Of a DNA stretch of 64,000 nt, positions 54,675 through 63,399 are shown one piece after another; the first letter of the stretch is position 1, and every line of letters starts with the position of its first letter. Source of the stretch: an uncultured Clostridium sp. (lineage in GTDB: Bacteria > Bacillota_I > Bacilli_A > RF39 > UBA660); the NCBI GenBank assembly GCA_946414595.1, contig CAMKPE010000005.1, positions 704 to 64,703 of the forward strand, written 5' to 3'. The translations under genes were made by a program, and so were the position numbers. The notes below the pieces were generated by a model. The model worked only from the letters and a program-made list of their open reading frames with translations. It was not told the origin of the DNA and made no database searches.

Positions 54675-54703
54675 TTGATTTATAAGGATAAAATCATTAT
54701 AAT
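54675..54703 (+). promoter_or_regulatory. Sigma-A promoter of the second (four-gene) part of the array
   Basis: TTGATT(54675-54680)-17 nt-TATAAT(54698-54703). Confidence 0.55.
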
Positions 54704-54732
54704 AGATAACTAATAAAGTTTGAGGGGATACT

Positions 54733-55608
54733 ATGGGGAATATTTTCGGTGATGAAAGAATTGATTATGAACTAGCAATACTAAAATATCGTGAAGATAT
54801 GGAATCTCTTGGTATGAGATATAAGTATTCTTATGATTCAGAAATGCTTCAATCAATTAATTTATTAGCAAGAAAACTAGTCAAACTTAAAAGAAAAGCT
54901 AATGAAAACGCACAAGGTATAGTTGACGAGGACATGATTAAGTTTTTCTTTATTGAATCCCTAAGAGTTTTAGAAAATAAAGGAATAATAGATTATTACA
55001 AAAGTATACTTAAAAGAACTGAAATAAGAAGAGATTCATCACTAGACTTTAACGATGGAAGAATAGTTAATTATGAAGATCTAGATGGTTTAACTTATTT
55101 TGATGTTAAATTACCAACAGGCAAGTTAACTCTTGAAGATGAATTTATATTTTCACATGAAATGGGACATGTTCCAGAAATAGATGTTCCAAGAAAAACT
55201 TTTTTAGAATATCAAGAAGTTTTACCTATACTTATGGAATACTTATTGTTTTTAAAAAGATATGGAAAGACTTTTGCTAAAGAATGTTTTATAGAAGAAA
55301 GAATTCCTATGGATGTAGAACATTCTGAAGAGATTAAAAGATTTCATAAAGCATGCGATAAAAATTCTAAAATACAACAGTTGTATGCTAAATTAAGACT
55401 TGCTGATTCATTTAAATATCTTGAATCAACTGAGTTTGTACTGCAACTCATCGATATATTTGAAAAAGATAAAACTAAAGTATCAAAAGAAATAGAAAAA
55501 GTAATCGAAGGTAAATCAATGATTGATGTTGCAAAAGATCTGTCTATTGATACTGCTGGTTGCAAGAGATTACTTAAAGAATATCAAAGCTACAGAAAGA
55601 GGGATTAA
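54733..55608 (+). CDS. HExxH zincin-like protein, array member A3 (291 aa)
   Basis: FSHEMGHV...QEVLPILMEY...LSIDTAGCKRLLKEY. GAGGGG SD. Confidence 0.6.
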   Translation: MGNIFGDERIDYELAILKYREDMESLGMRYKYSYDSEMLQSINLLARKLVKLKRKANENAQGIVDEDMIKFFFIESLRVLENKGIIDYYKSILKRTEIRRDSSLDFNDGRIVNYEDLDGLTYFDVKLPTGKLTLEDEFIFSHEMGHVPEIDVPRKTFLEYQEVLPILMEYLLFLKRYGKTFAKECFIEERIPMDVEHSEEIKRFHKACDKNSKIQQLYAKLRLADSFKYLESTEFVLQLIDIFEKDKTKVSKEIEKVIEGKSMIDVAKDLSIDTAGCKRLLKEYQSYRKRD

Positions 55609-55609
55609 G

Positions 55610-56389
55610 ATGGGAAGAATTATGGGAAGAAGTATGGAAACATACGATTTATCAAAAGAATTTATGAATGCAAAATTTCCAAAATATAAAAAAAATAAAA
55701 GAGTAATAACTCTCGAAGAATTAGAGAAGTGCCCTGACGCGATTAAATCTTATTTACCAGAAAGTGCAATTGAATTTATAAAAACTCATCAAATAAATAT
55801 TGTAAGGAACTTTTTTGTTCCAGGAATAATAACAATCTTTCCTGATAATATTAGAACACAAGAACCTTTTATGATTGTTCATAATAAAACTTATGAAGAA
55901 CATAAAAGAGATTTAATTTATTTTATTGGTGGACTTTTAAATAGATTAGAGGATGATCATATGGACTTGAATGCTTTAAATATCCCATGTCAGTTTGCCT
56001 CTGTCTTACCAATTCTTTTTGATTCTATATATATGAAAGAAACGGGAAGAATGGATGAAGCAAGTCTAAAATTTTTGCACGAATTAAGAGGCAATGCTAG
56101 AAGATATATAAGAACGTATGAAAAATATAATAGAAACCCTGATAACGAAGATATGAGACAATTTATTATAAATACATTAATATTCTTAATACCATTCTCA
56201 TCAATGGATGCCTCACTTCAAATAATGGAAAAATACGGTGAAGATAAAGAAGGAATGAAGAAGTTAATAGATGAATTCATAGTAAACGAAAATGGAAATC
56301 AAAGAGAACAAATCCTTCTTGATAGAGGAATAGAAACAACTGGTTTCAAATCATTAAGAAAAGAAATAGAAAGGAATAAAGTAAGATGA
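55610..56389 (+). CDS. Array member B1 (259 aa): same family, HExxH lost
   Basis: ATG 55610 lies 1 nt after the A3 stop and gives the MGRIMGRS N-terminus, which is homologous to B2 and B3. The HExxH position reads YFIGGLLNRL. It retains SVLPILFDS, SSMDASLQIM and GIETTGFKSLRKEI. Confidence 0.55.
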   Translation: MGRIMGRSMETYDLSKEFMNAKFPKYKKNKRVITLEELEKCPDAIKSYLPESAIEFIKTHQINIVRNFFVPGIITIFPDNIRTQEPFMIVHNKTYEEHKRDLIYFIGGLLNRLEDDHMDLNALNIPCQFASVLPILFDSIYMKETGRMDEASLKFLHELRGNARRYIRTYEKYNRNPDNEDMRQFIINTLIFLIPFSSMDASLQIMEKYGEDKEGMKKLIDEFIVNENGNQREQILLDRGIETTGFKSLRKEIERNKVR

Positions 56390-57228
56390 GTAGATTATTA
56401 GCAAAAAGTATAGATGTTTATAAAGCATGTAATGAAATAAATGCAATTAATATACCTAGACATAAACAAAATAGAACAAAGATAAAATGGGAAGATATTG
56501 AAACAGGAGTATATTTCATCGAATGTTATTTAAGTAAAGAAGCAGTTGATTTATTAACAAGTCATAAAATAGAAATACTAAAAGATCCTTTCTCAATGCA
56601 CGCAAGAAGTTCAGAAGTTCTAGATGATGAAACAACTAAAGTAAGTTTCCCATCATACTTTAGTGCTAAAGAAGAATATAAAAGAGATTTTGTATTCCTT
56701 TTAGGAACAATATTAAGTCTTCATAATCTTGATAAAGATAAAGGAGAATTTTCATACGAAATAACTGATGAATATAGAGAAGTCCTTCCTTTATTACTTG
56801 AATATTTATATATGAAAGATTCTTGTCAAGAAGATGCTTTTGCACTTAAAAGAATTGAAGAGTTAAAGACTAGAACAAAAGATTATACTAAAAAAGCTGA
56901 TAAATATAAAGCACAAATTGAAGAGTGCGAAAACATAGTAAAAAATCCATTCTTAACTGCAGGTATATTTGAAGAAACACTTGATTATAAACAAAAATGT
57001 ATTGATGGATTAAAAGACTTAACACATCAAACAATTATTCCTATGTCATCAATGGATGCAACATTACAGTTAATTGATAAGAATTTATCAGTAGATGAAC
57101 TATGTAGAGTAATAGCAAAACTATTTAGAAATGAATATCAAGATAGATCAAGAATAATGGAACAATATGGAGTAGAATCTAACGGATATAAAAGATTAAT
57201 AAAAGAATACGAGCAACACAAGAGGTAA
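56386..57228 (+). CDS. Array member B2 (280 aa): HExxH lost
   Basis: MSRLLAKS N-terminus. FLLGTILSLH replaces HExxH. It retains EVLPLLLEY, SSMDATLQLI and GVESNGYKRLIKEY. ATGA overlap. Confidence 0.55.
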   Translation: MSRLLAKSIDVYKACNEINAINIPRHKQNRTKIKWEDIETGVYFIECYLSKEAVDLLTSHKIEILKDPFSMHARSSEVLDDETTKVSFPSYFSAKEEYKRDFVFLLGTILSLHNLDKDKGEFSYEITDEYREVLPLLLEYLYMKDSCQEDAFALKRIEELKTRTKDYTKKADKYKAQIEECENIVKNPFLTAGIFEETLDYKQKCIDGLKDLTHQTIIPMSSMDATLQLIDKNLSVDELCRVIAKLFRNEYQDRSRIMEQYGVESNGYKRLIKEYEQHKR

Positions 57229-57230
57229 TT

Positions 57231-58076
57231 ATGAGTAGAATATTAGGGAGAAGTTATGATGTATATCTAGCATCCAAAGAATTGAAAGATGCACATATAA
57301 GAAAATACAAAGACGATCACACTAAAACATCTTGGAAAAGTATTGATGAATCTCCAGAGAAATATCAAATGTATTTACCAGATAGTGCAATAGAATATCT
57401 TACAGATAAAAAAATAAAAATATGTAAGGATCCATTCTTGTTATATACAGAAATGCAAATACCATGTAATGAGGAAGAAGATAGATACATTAAATTCCCA
57501 TCAATGATTCCAATTGAAAAATTCAAAACAGAACTTGCATACTTTATAGGAATGCTTCTTGCTGATTATCATGTAGATAATGAAGAAACATTATATTCAT
57601 TTCCAAAAGAATATAGTGATTTACTTCCATTATTAATCGTATATCTTAGATTAAAAGTTGATGGAAAAGAAGAAGAATTTAGAAAGAAGTATTTATCAAT
57701 ACTTAGTAACTATGTAGGAACATATATAACAGATTATGAAGCTTATAAAGATTTTGAAGATTTTTATGGAAGTGCAATAATATCAGAAATGACTAGAGAA
57801 CAATATGATAAACTGGTTGAACTAAGTAAAGAAAACGAAGAGAAAATGACAAGTGCAGTTGGAGAAACAATAATACAGTTATCTGCAATGGATGGAGCAC
57901 TTCAAATAATTGATAGATGTAAAAGTGAAGAAGATTTTAAAAATGTAATAGAAGCCTTATTCTTAAATAAAGATGGAGATAGATCTAGTTTACTAAGAGA
58001 ACAGGGTATAGAAAGTTATGGTTATAAAAGATTAAGAAAAGAAATTGAAGCAATAAAAAACAATTGCAAAAAATAA
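57231..58076 (+). CDS. Array member B3 (281 aa): HExxH lost
   Basis: MSRILGRS N-terminus. YFIGMLLADY replaces HExxH. It retains DLLPLLIVY, SAMDGALQII and GIESYGYKRLRKEI. Confidence 0.55.
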   Translation: MSRILGRSYDVYLASKELKDAHIRKYKDDHTKTSWKSIDESPEKYQMYLPDSAIEYLTDKKIKICKDPFLLYTEMQIPCNEEEDRYIKFPSMIPIEKFKTELAYFIGMLLADYHVDNEETLYSFPKEYSDLLPLLIVYLRLKVDGKEEEFRKKYLSILSNYVGTYITDYEAYKDFEDFYGSAIISEMTREQYDKLVELSKENEEKMTSAVGETIIQLSAMDGALQIIDRCKSEEDFKNVIEALFLNKDGDRSSLLREQGIESYGYKRLRKEIEAIKNNCKK

Positions 58077-58099
58077 TAATATGTTTTATAATCTAAAAT

Positions 58100-58322
58100 G
58101 AATATTTGATTGCGATAATTAGGAAGTAGTAGTAAAAGTACTATCTAATAGAGAGCTAGTGTTAGGTGGAAGACTAGTAAGAAAAGTATTTATGAATTCG
58201 TCCTATAGGCATTTATTAATAATAAACGGCTGCACCGTTATAGCAATGAGAGTATTTAAAAATACTAAATTAAGGTGGTACCACGAGTAAAATCGTCCTT
58301 AGGTGCTGCCTTTTTTATTTGT
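58100..58322 (+). promoter_or_regulatory. T-box riboswitch leader, Phe (UUC) specifier, upstream of pheST
   Basis: Stem-I elements (AGAGAG at ~58151, GGTGGAAG). GAA-UUC-G in the specifier position (UUC = 58197-58199). The T-box sequence AAATTAAGGTGGTACCACGAG lies at 58267-58287. The terminator 3' arm CGTCCTTAGGTGCTGCC plus T6 lies at 58293-58316. TATAAT at 58087-58092. Confidence 0.85.
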
Positions 58323-58334
58323 ATGGAGGTTATT

Positions 58335-59381
58335 ATGAAAGAAAAAGTTGAAAGCATTAAAACTGAATTAGCAAAAGATTTAAAAGATGTTAAAACAACA
58401 CAAGAAGTAGGTAATCTTAAAGTAAAATATTTAGGTAAAAAAGGTCTTGTAACAGAACTTACAAGTAATATGAAGGATTTATCTATTGAAGAGAAAAAAG
58501 AAGTAGGTCGCCTTTCTAATGAAGTTAAAAACTATGTTACAGAAGAGATTACTAAACTAGAAGAAGAAATCAACAACAAAGAACTTGAAAAGAAGTTAGC
58601 AAGCGAAAAGATTGATATTACTTTACCTAGTACAAAAGTAAATGTTGGGGGAGCAAATATCCTTGAAAAATTAATTGAAGAAGTAGAAGAGTTAGCAATA
58701 TCTATGGGTTATGATGTAGTAGAAGGGCCAGAAGTAGAAAAAGATTTATATAATTTCGAACTATTAAATCTTCCAAAAGGACATCCAGCAAGAGATGCTC
58801 AAGATACATTCTATACTGAAGGAGATACATGGCTATTAAGAAGTCAAACTTCACCAGTTCAAATTAGAACTATGTTAGCTAACGAAGAAAAAACTCCTAT
58901 TAGAATCATCTGCCCAGGTAAGACTTATAGAAGAGATGACGATGATGCTACTCACTCACATCAATTTACTCAAATTGAAGGATTATTAGTAGACAAAGAT
59001 ATTTCACTTGCAAACTTAAAAGCTACTTTCGATATTATTGCTAAGAAATTGTTTGGTAATGATAGAGAAACAAGATTTAGACCTAGCTTCTATCCATTTA
59101 CTGAACCATCAGTTGAGATGGACATATCTTGCTTTAACTGTGGTGGTAAAGGATGTAACATTTGCAAAGGTACTGGATGGATCACTGTAGGTGGTGCTGG
59201 TATCGTTCATCACAATGTATTAGATAATTGTGGTTATGATTCAAACAAATGGACAGGATTTGCCTTCGGTTTTGGAGCAGAACGTTTAGCAATGCTTAAA
59301 TATGGTATTACTGATATTAGAACATTCTATACAAATGATTTAAGAATTAAAGACACATTTGATAGAAAGGAGGCTGAATAA
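58335..59381 (+). CDS. pheS: Phenylalanine--tRNA ligase alpha subunit
   Basis: GHPARD, TSPVQIR, FRPSFYPFTEPS and GFAFGFGAERLAM. GGAGG SD precedes ATG 58335. The ORF-track extension to 58275 overlaps the T-box terminator. Confidence 0.93.
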   Translation: MKEKVESIKTELAKDLKDVKTTQEVGNLKVKYLGKKGLVTELTSNMKDLSIEEKKEVGRLSNEVKNYVTEEITKLEEEINNKELEKKLASEKIDITLPSTKVNVGGANILEKLIEEVEELAISMGYDVVEGPEVEKDLYNFELLNLPKGHPARDAQDTFYTEGDTWLLRSQTSPVQIRTMLANEEKTPIRIICPGKTYRRDDDDATHSHQFTQIEGLLVDKDISLANLKATFDIIAKKLFGNDRETRFRPSFYPFTEPSVEMDISCFNCGGKGCNICKGTGWITVGGAGIVHHNVLDNCGYDSNKWTGFAFGFGAERLAMLKYGITDIRTFYTNDLRIKDTFDRKEAE

Positions 59382-59382
59382 T

Positions 59383-61758
59383 ATGGCAATAAGCATGAAT
59401 TGGGTTAAAGAATATGTTAACCTTGATGATGTAGATTTAAAAGATTTAGCTAAGAAAATAACAGACTCCGGAGTAAATGTTGAACATGTTACTTCAAATG
59501 AATTAAATAATTTAGTAGTAGGGGAAGTATTAGAATGTGAAGATATTCCTGATACTCACTTACATAAATGTGTAGTAGATACAGGACTTGATAAAAGACA
59601 AATAGTATGTGGTGCTAATAACTGTAGAAAAGGTATTAAAGTAATAGTATCTTTACCAGGAGCAATTTTACCAGGAGGATTTGAGATTAAACCATCTGTA
59701 ATAAGAGGTGTTGAATCAAATGGTATGTTATGTGCTTTATCAGAATTAGGGCTTGAAGAAGATACACCAGAAAATCATGCTAAAGGTATCTATGAGTTAC
59801 CAGCTGATGCACCAGTTGGTGAAGATGTAGTTAAATACATGGCACTTGATGATACAATTTATGAACTTGATTTAAATCCAAATAGAAATATTGACTGTAC
59901 TAATCATATTGGATTTGCTTATGAAGTAGCATCAGTTTTAGGAAGAAAAGTAACTCTTCCAGACTTATCTACAAGTCCAATAAAAGATTCAGTTAAGAAA
60001 CATTTCTCATTAGAAATTGATACACCAAACTGTATGATGTATAATGCTAAAATGGTAACTGGAGTAAAGATTAAAGAGTCACCAGACTTCATCAAACATA
60101 GATTAATTGCAGCAGGTATGAGACCAATTAATAACGTTGTAGATATCTCTAACTACGTAATGCTTGAATTTGGTCAACCTCTACACTTCTTCGATAAAGA
60201 TAAACTAGGAGATAAGATCAAAGTAAGAATGGCTGGAGCTAATGAAACTATTATTACTTTAGACAAAAAAGAAAGAACATTAACAGAAGAAGATATAGTT
60301 ATTACTGATGGTAAGAAACCTGTATGTATCGCTGGAGTTATGGGTGGAGAAAACACTGAAGTTGATGAAAATACAAAAGATATCTTAATCGAAAGTGCAA
60401 TATTTAATTCATATAATGTAAGATATACTTCTTTAAGACTTGATTTAAGAAGTGAAGCTTCATTAAGATATGAACGTGGTCTTAACTACGAATATTGTAA
60501 TATGGCAATTGAAAGAGCATGTCATTTACTTGAAAAGTATGCTGATGGTAAAGTATTAAGCGATACTATTACACATGATGCTATAGAAAAGAAAGTAAAA
60601 GTAGCAGATGTTACACTTGATGACGTTAACAAGACTTTAGGACTTTCAATGACTAATGCTGATGTTAAGAAAAGCCTTGATAATTTAGGTTTTGAATATA
60701 AAGAAAACAAAGGAACTTATACAGTAACTATTCCTAATAGAAGATTAGATGTTGAACCTCATAGACAAGATTTAATTGAAGAAATTGGAAGACTTTATGG
60801 TTACGATAAGATTGAATCTAAACTTCCTGTTGTAGAAACAAAAGAAGGAAATTATATTGGAAGTGTTAAATATAGAAAACTTATTACAAAAAGATTAAGA
60901 GCACTTGGACTTAATGAATGCAAAACATACACTTTAATTAGTGATGAAGAAAATGAATTATTCAAATACAATAGAAAAGAATCAATCGAATTATTAAGAC
61001 CAATGAGTAATGATAAGAAAGTAATTAGACAATCATTAATCTCATCACTTTTAAAGACTTATGAATATAATAAAGCAAGAAATGTTAAAGATGTAATGAT
61101 CTATGAAATTGCAAATACTTACTATAATAAAACAGAAGAAGATACAAAGATTGCAATCTTAATGAAAGGTAACTATATTAATTCATCATGGAATCCAAAT
61201 GGAATTAAAGTAGATTTCTACTTATTAAAAGGAATCCTAGAGGACTTACTTGATTACTTAGGACTTAAAAATAGATATCAATTACAAGCAAGTGTTATTG
61301 ATGGAATACATCCAGGAATAAGCGCCGAAATAACTCTTGATAAAGAACCAATTGGATTCTTAGGAAGAGTACATCCAAATATAGCTAAAGATGAAATATA
61401 TGTACTTGAAATGTCTTTAACTAAATTAGTAGATAAGAAGATTAAACCAATTAAGTTTAAAGAATTATCTAAATATCCATCAATTGTTAAAGACTTAGCA
61501 TTCATAATCAAAAAAGATGTAACTAGTGGAGAACTTGAAGAAACAATTAAGAGAAGTGGTGGTAAACTACTTACTAACATTGATGTATTTGATGTATATA
61601 CTGGAGAAAATGTTAAAGATGATGAGAAATCAATCGCTTACTCATTAACATTCAGTGATCCTACTAAAACATTAAGTGATGAAGAAGTAATGCAAGTATT
61701 TAATAAGATAATAGAAGATGTATCTAAAAAACATAATGCAGTACTAAGAGATAAATAA
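59383..61758 (+). CDS. pheT: Phenylalanine--tRNA ligase beta subunit
   Basis: MAISMNWVKEYV start with tRNA-binding, B3/4, B5 and FDX-ACB-type regions (FDVYTGENV...KSIAYSLTF). AGGAGG SD. Confidence 0.93.
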   Translation: MAISMNWVKEYVNLDDVDLKDLAKKITDSGVNVEHVTSNELNNLVVGEVLECEDIPDTHLHKCVVDTGLDKRQIVCGANNCRKGIKVIVSLPGAILPGGFEIKPSVIRGVESNGMLCALSELGLEEDTPENHAKGIYELPADAPVGEDVVKYMALDDTIYELDLNPNRNIDCTNHIGFAYEVASVLGRKVTLPDLSTSPIKDSVKKHFSLEIDTPNCMMYNAKMVTGVKIKESPDFIKHRLIAAGMRPINNVVDISNYVMLEFGQPLHFFDKDKLGDKIKVRMAGANETIITLDKKERTLTEEDIVITDGKKPVCIAGVMGGENTEVDENTKDILIESAIFNSYNVRYTSLRLDLRSEASLRYERGLNYEYCNMAIERACHLLEKYADGKVLSDTITHDAIEKKVKVADVTLDDVNKTLGLSMTNADVKKSLDNLGFEYKENKGTYTVTIPNRRLDVEPHRQDLIEEIGRLYGYDKIESKLPVVETKEGNYIGSVKYRKLITKRLRALGLNECKTYTLISDEENELFKYNRKESIELLRPMSNDKKVIRQSLISSLLKTYEYNKARNVKDVMIYEIANTYYNKTEEDTKIAILMKGNYINSSWNPNGIKVDFYLLKGILEDLLDYLGLKNRYQLQASVIDGIHPGISAEITLDKEPIGFLGRVHPNIAKDEIYVLEMSLTKLVDKKIKPIKFKELSKYPSIVKDLAFIIKKDVTSGELEETIKRSGGKLLTNIDVFDVYTGENVKDDEKSIAYSLTFSDPTKTLSDEEVMQVFNKIIEDVSKKHNAVLRDK

Positions 61759-61762
61759 TTTA

Positions 61763-61788
61763 AAAACTACACATTTGTGTAGTTTTTT
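61763..61788 (+). terminator. Rho-independent terminator
   Basis: aaactacac/gtgtagttt stem followed by T6. Confidence 0.85.
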
Positions 61789-61813
61789 GTTATTATTAAA
61801 ATAGGTGAGAGTA

Positions 61814-63325
61814 ATGAGTTTTAAAGAAAGCTTTAAAGAAAACAAAATTACATATATCATTTTTGGCCTAATGCTATTATGGTGCATTTTATCTATTGTT
61901 CATGATATAGTTGAAAATAATAAAACAATTGAAGAACATGATTATGTTTTTTCGTATTGGAATGAAGATGATCAAGAAATATTACATGTATCAAACTTTA
62001 CTAAGAGATATGGAGTAGTTAAAGTAAGTATTCCTGATAAATGGCTTGATCATGAAACATGTAGAGTAGTAATGAACAAAGATATGTTTATTGAATATGA
62101 AGGATCATATTATTACAATAAGATAATTAAATATTATGATAGTATAGAAGATATTATATATTCAATTTCATGTGATGATGAAAAAATAGATACTTTTGAA
62201 TATCGTTACGAATTTGATTTAGATTATTCAGATGATGTAAAGGTTGAAGTGATTGAAACAAATCAAATCAAGAATTTATTTGATATCATTGATAAACCGA
62301 TAGAGACAGCTCTTTATAATGGTAATTCTATTAATGAAGAAATAAAGGAGTTAGTTCAAAAATATGGTATGGATGAAGATGAAAGTTTAATTCCTAAGGT
62401 AAAAATAATCGAAATAACTAATGAAAAACCAAGAATAAAATGCGACAGTAATATCGCAGATGATTACATACCTGTATATATGTGTTTTGATAGTGATATA
62501 GATACATTATATTTTTACACTGAAGCAAATAAAATATATGTAAACGAATATAGTAACTCAATGTTTGCTGACCTAAATAATTTAGAAGAAATTAAAGGAT
62601 TTGAAAAACTTGATTTTTCTAATGTTTCGTATATGTCATATATGTTTTCAAAAACAAATTTAAAATCTTTAGATTTTTCATCAATAAATTTGGAGAATGT
62701 TAAGAATATTTCTGGTTTATTTTATAAATCAAATATAGATAACTTGTTTTTTGCAAACATAAAAATTCCACATGTAGATTCATTATCATATGTTTATGCT
62801 GGACTTACAACACATGAAATTGATTTATGTAGCAATTTAATAGATACTAAACATATAAATGATATGTCTCATATGTTTAGTGATTCTGAAATAGATACAG
62901 TTAAATTATGCTTTGATACTTCAAACGTTAATAATACGTCTTTTATGTTTTATTATTCTAAAATAAATAATCTTGAATTATCAGATTTTAATTTATCTAA
63001 TTTGACTAAAGCATCGTATATGTTTAAAGGAAGCAGTATAGAAACACTTGATTTAAGTAAATTTGTTTTTCCAAATTTAGTTGGAAAAGATTTTGATTCT
63101 ATGTTTTCTGGTATGAGAAATCTAAAAACATTAGATATATCAAGTATTGATTACGATGATTTTGTAGATATAAAAACAAGTGAACCAGATAGAGAAACAG
63201 TAGAAAACTTCTTCAAAGGTATAGAAAAAGAAGTTAAAATAATTGTTAAAGATGAAAAAGTTAAAACTTTGATAAAGGTATACTGTCCAGATTTAAAAGA
63301 TAATAATATAGAAATCAAAAAGTAA
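61814..63325 (+). CDS. BspA-type leucine-rich-repeat surface protein (26-residue-repeat/DUF285-like), N-terminal anchor
   Basis: One TM helix, then ~25-aa repeats of the form F..L..LDLS.F..SNV.NMSYMF (for example LDFSNVSYMSYMFSKTNLKSLDFSSINLENVKNISGLFYKS). Confidence 0.65.
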   Translation: MSFKESFKENKITYIIFGLMLLWCILSIVHDIVENNKTIEEHDYVFSYWNEDDQEILHVSNFTKRYGVVKVSIPDKWLDHETCRVVMNKDMFIEYEGSYYYNKIIKYYDSIEDIIYSISCDDEKIDTFEYRYEFDLDYSDDVKVEVIETNQIKNLFDIIDKPIETALYNGNSINEEIKELVQKYGMDEDESLIPKVKIIEITNEKPRIKCDSNIADDYIPVYMCFDSDIDTLYFYTEANKIYVNEYSNSMFADLNNLEEIKGFEKLDFSNVSYMSYMFSKTNLKSLDFSSINLENVKNISGLFYKSNIDNLFFANIKIPHVDSLSYVYAGLTTHEIDLCSNLIDTKHINDMSHMFSDSEIDTVKLCFDTSNVNNTSFMFYYSKINNLELSDFNLSNLTKASYMFKGSSIETLDLSKFVFPNLVGKDFDSMFSGMRNLKTLDISSIDYDDFVDIKTSEPDRETVENFFKGIEKEVKIIVKDEKVKTLIKVYCPDLKDNNIEIKK

Positions 63326-63399
63326 TAATTATTTATTACTTTTTCTTATTAATAAATATTTGTTAAATATGTTATAATTAAAGAGAGTTGGTGATAAAT

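Noticed and set aside
58275-58334. N-terminal extension of pheS from a GTG at 58275
   Set aside because: It overlaps the T-box sequence and terminator. The GGAGG SD sits before ATG 58335.
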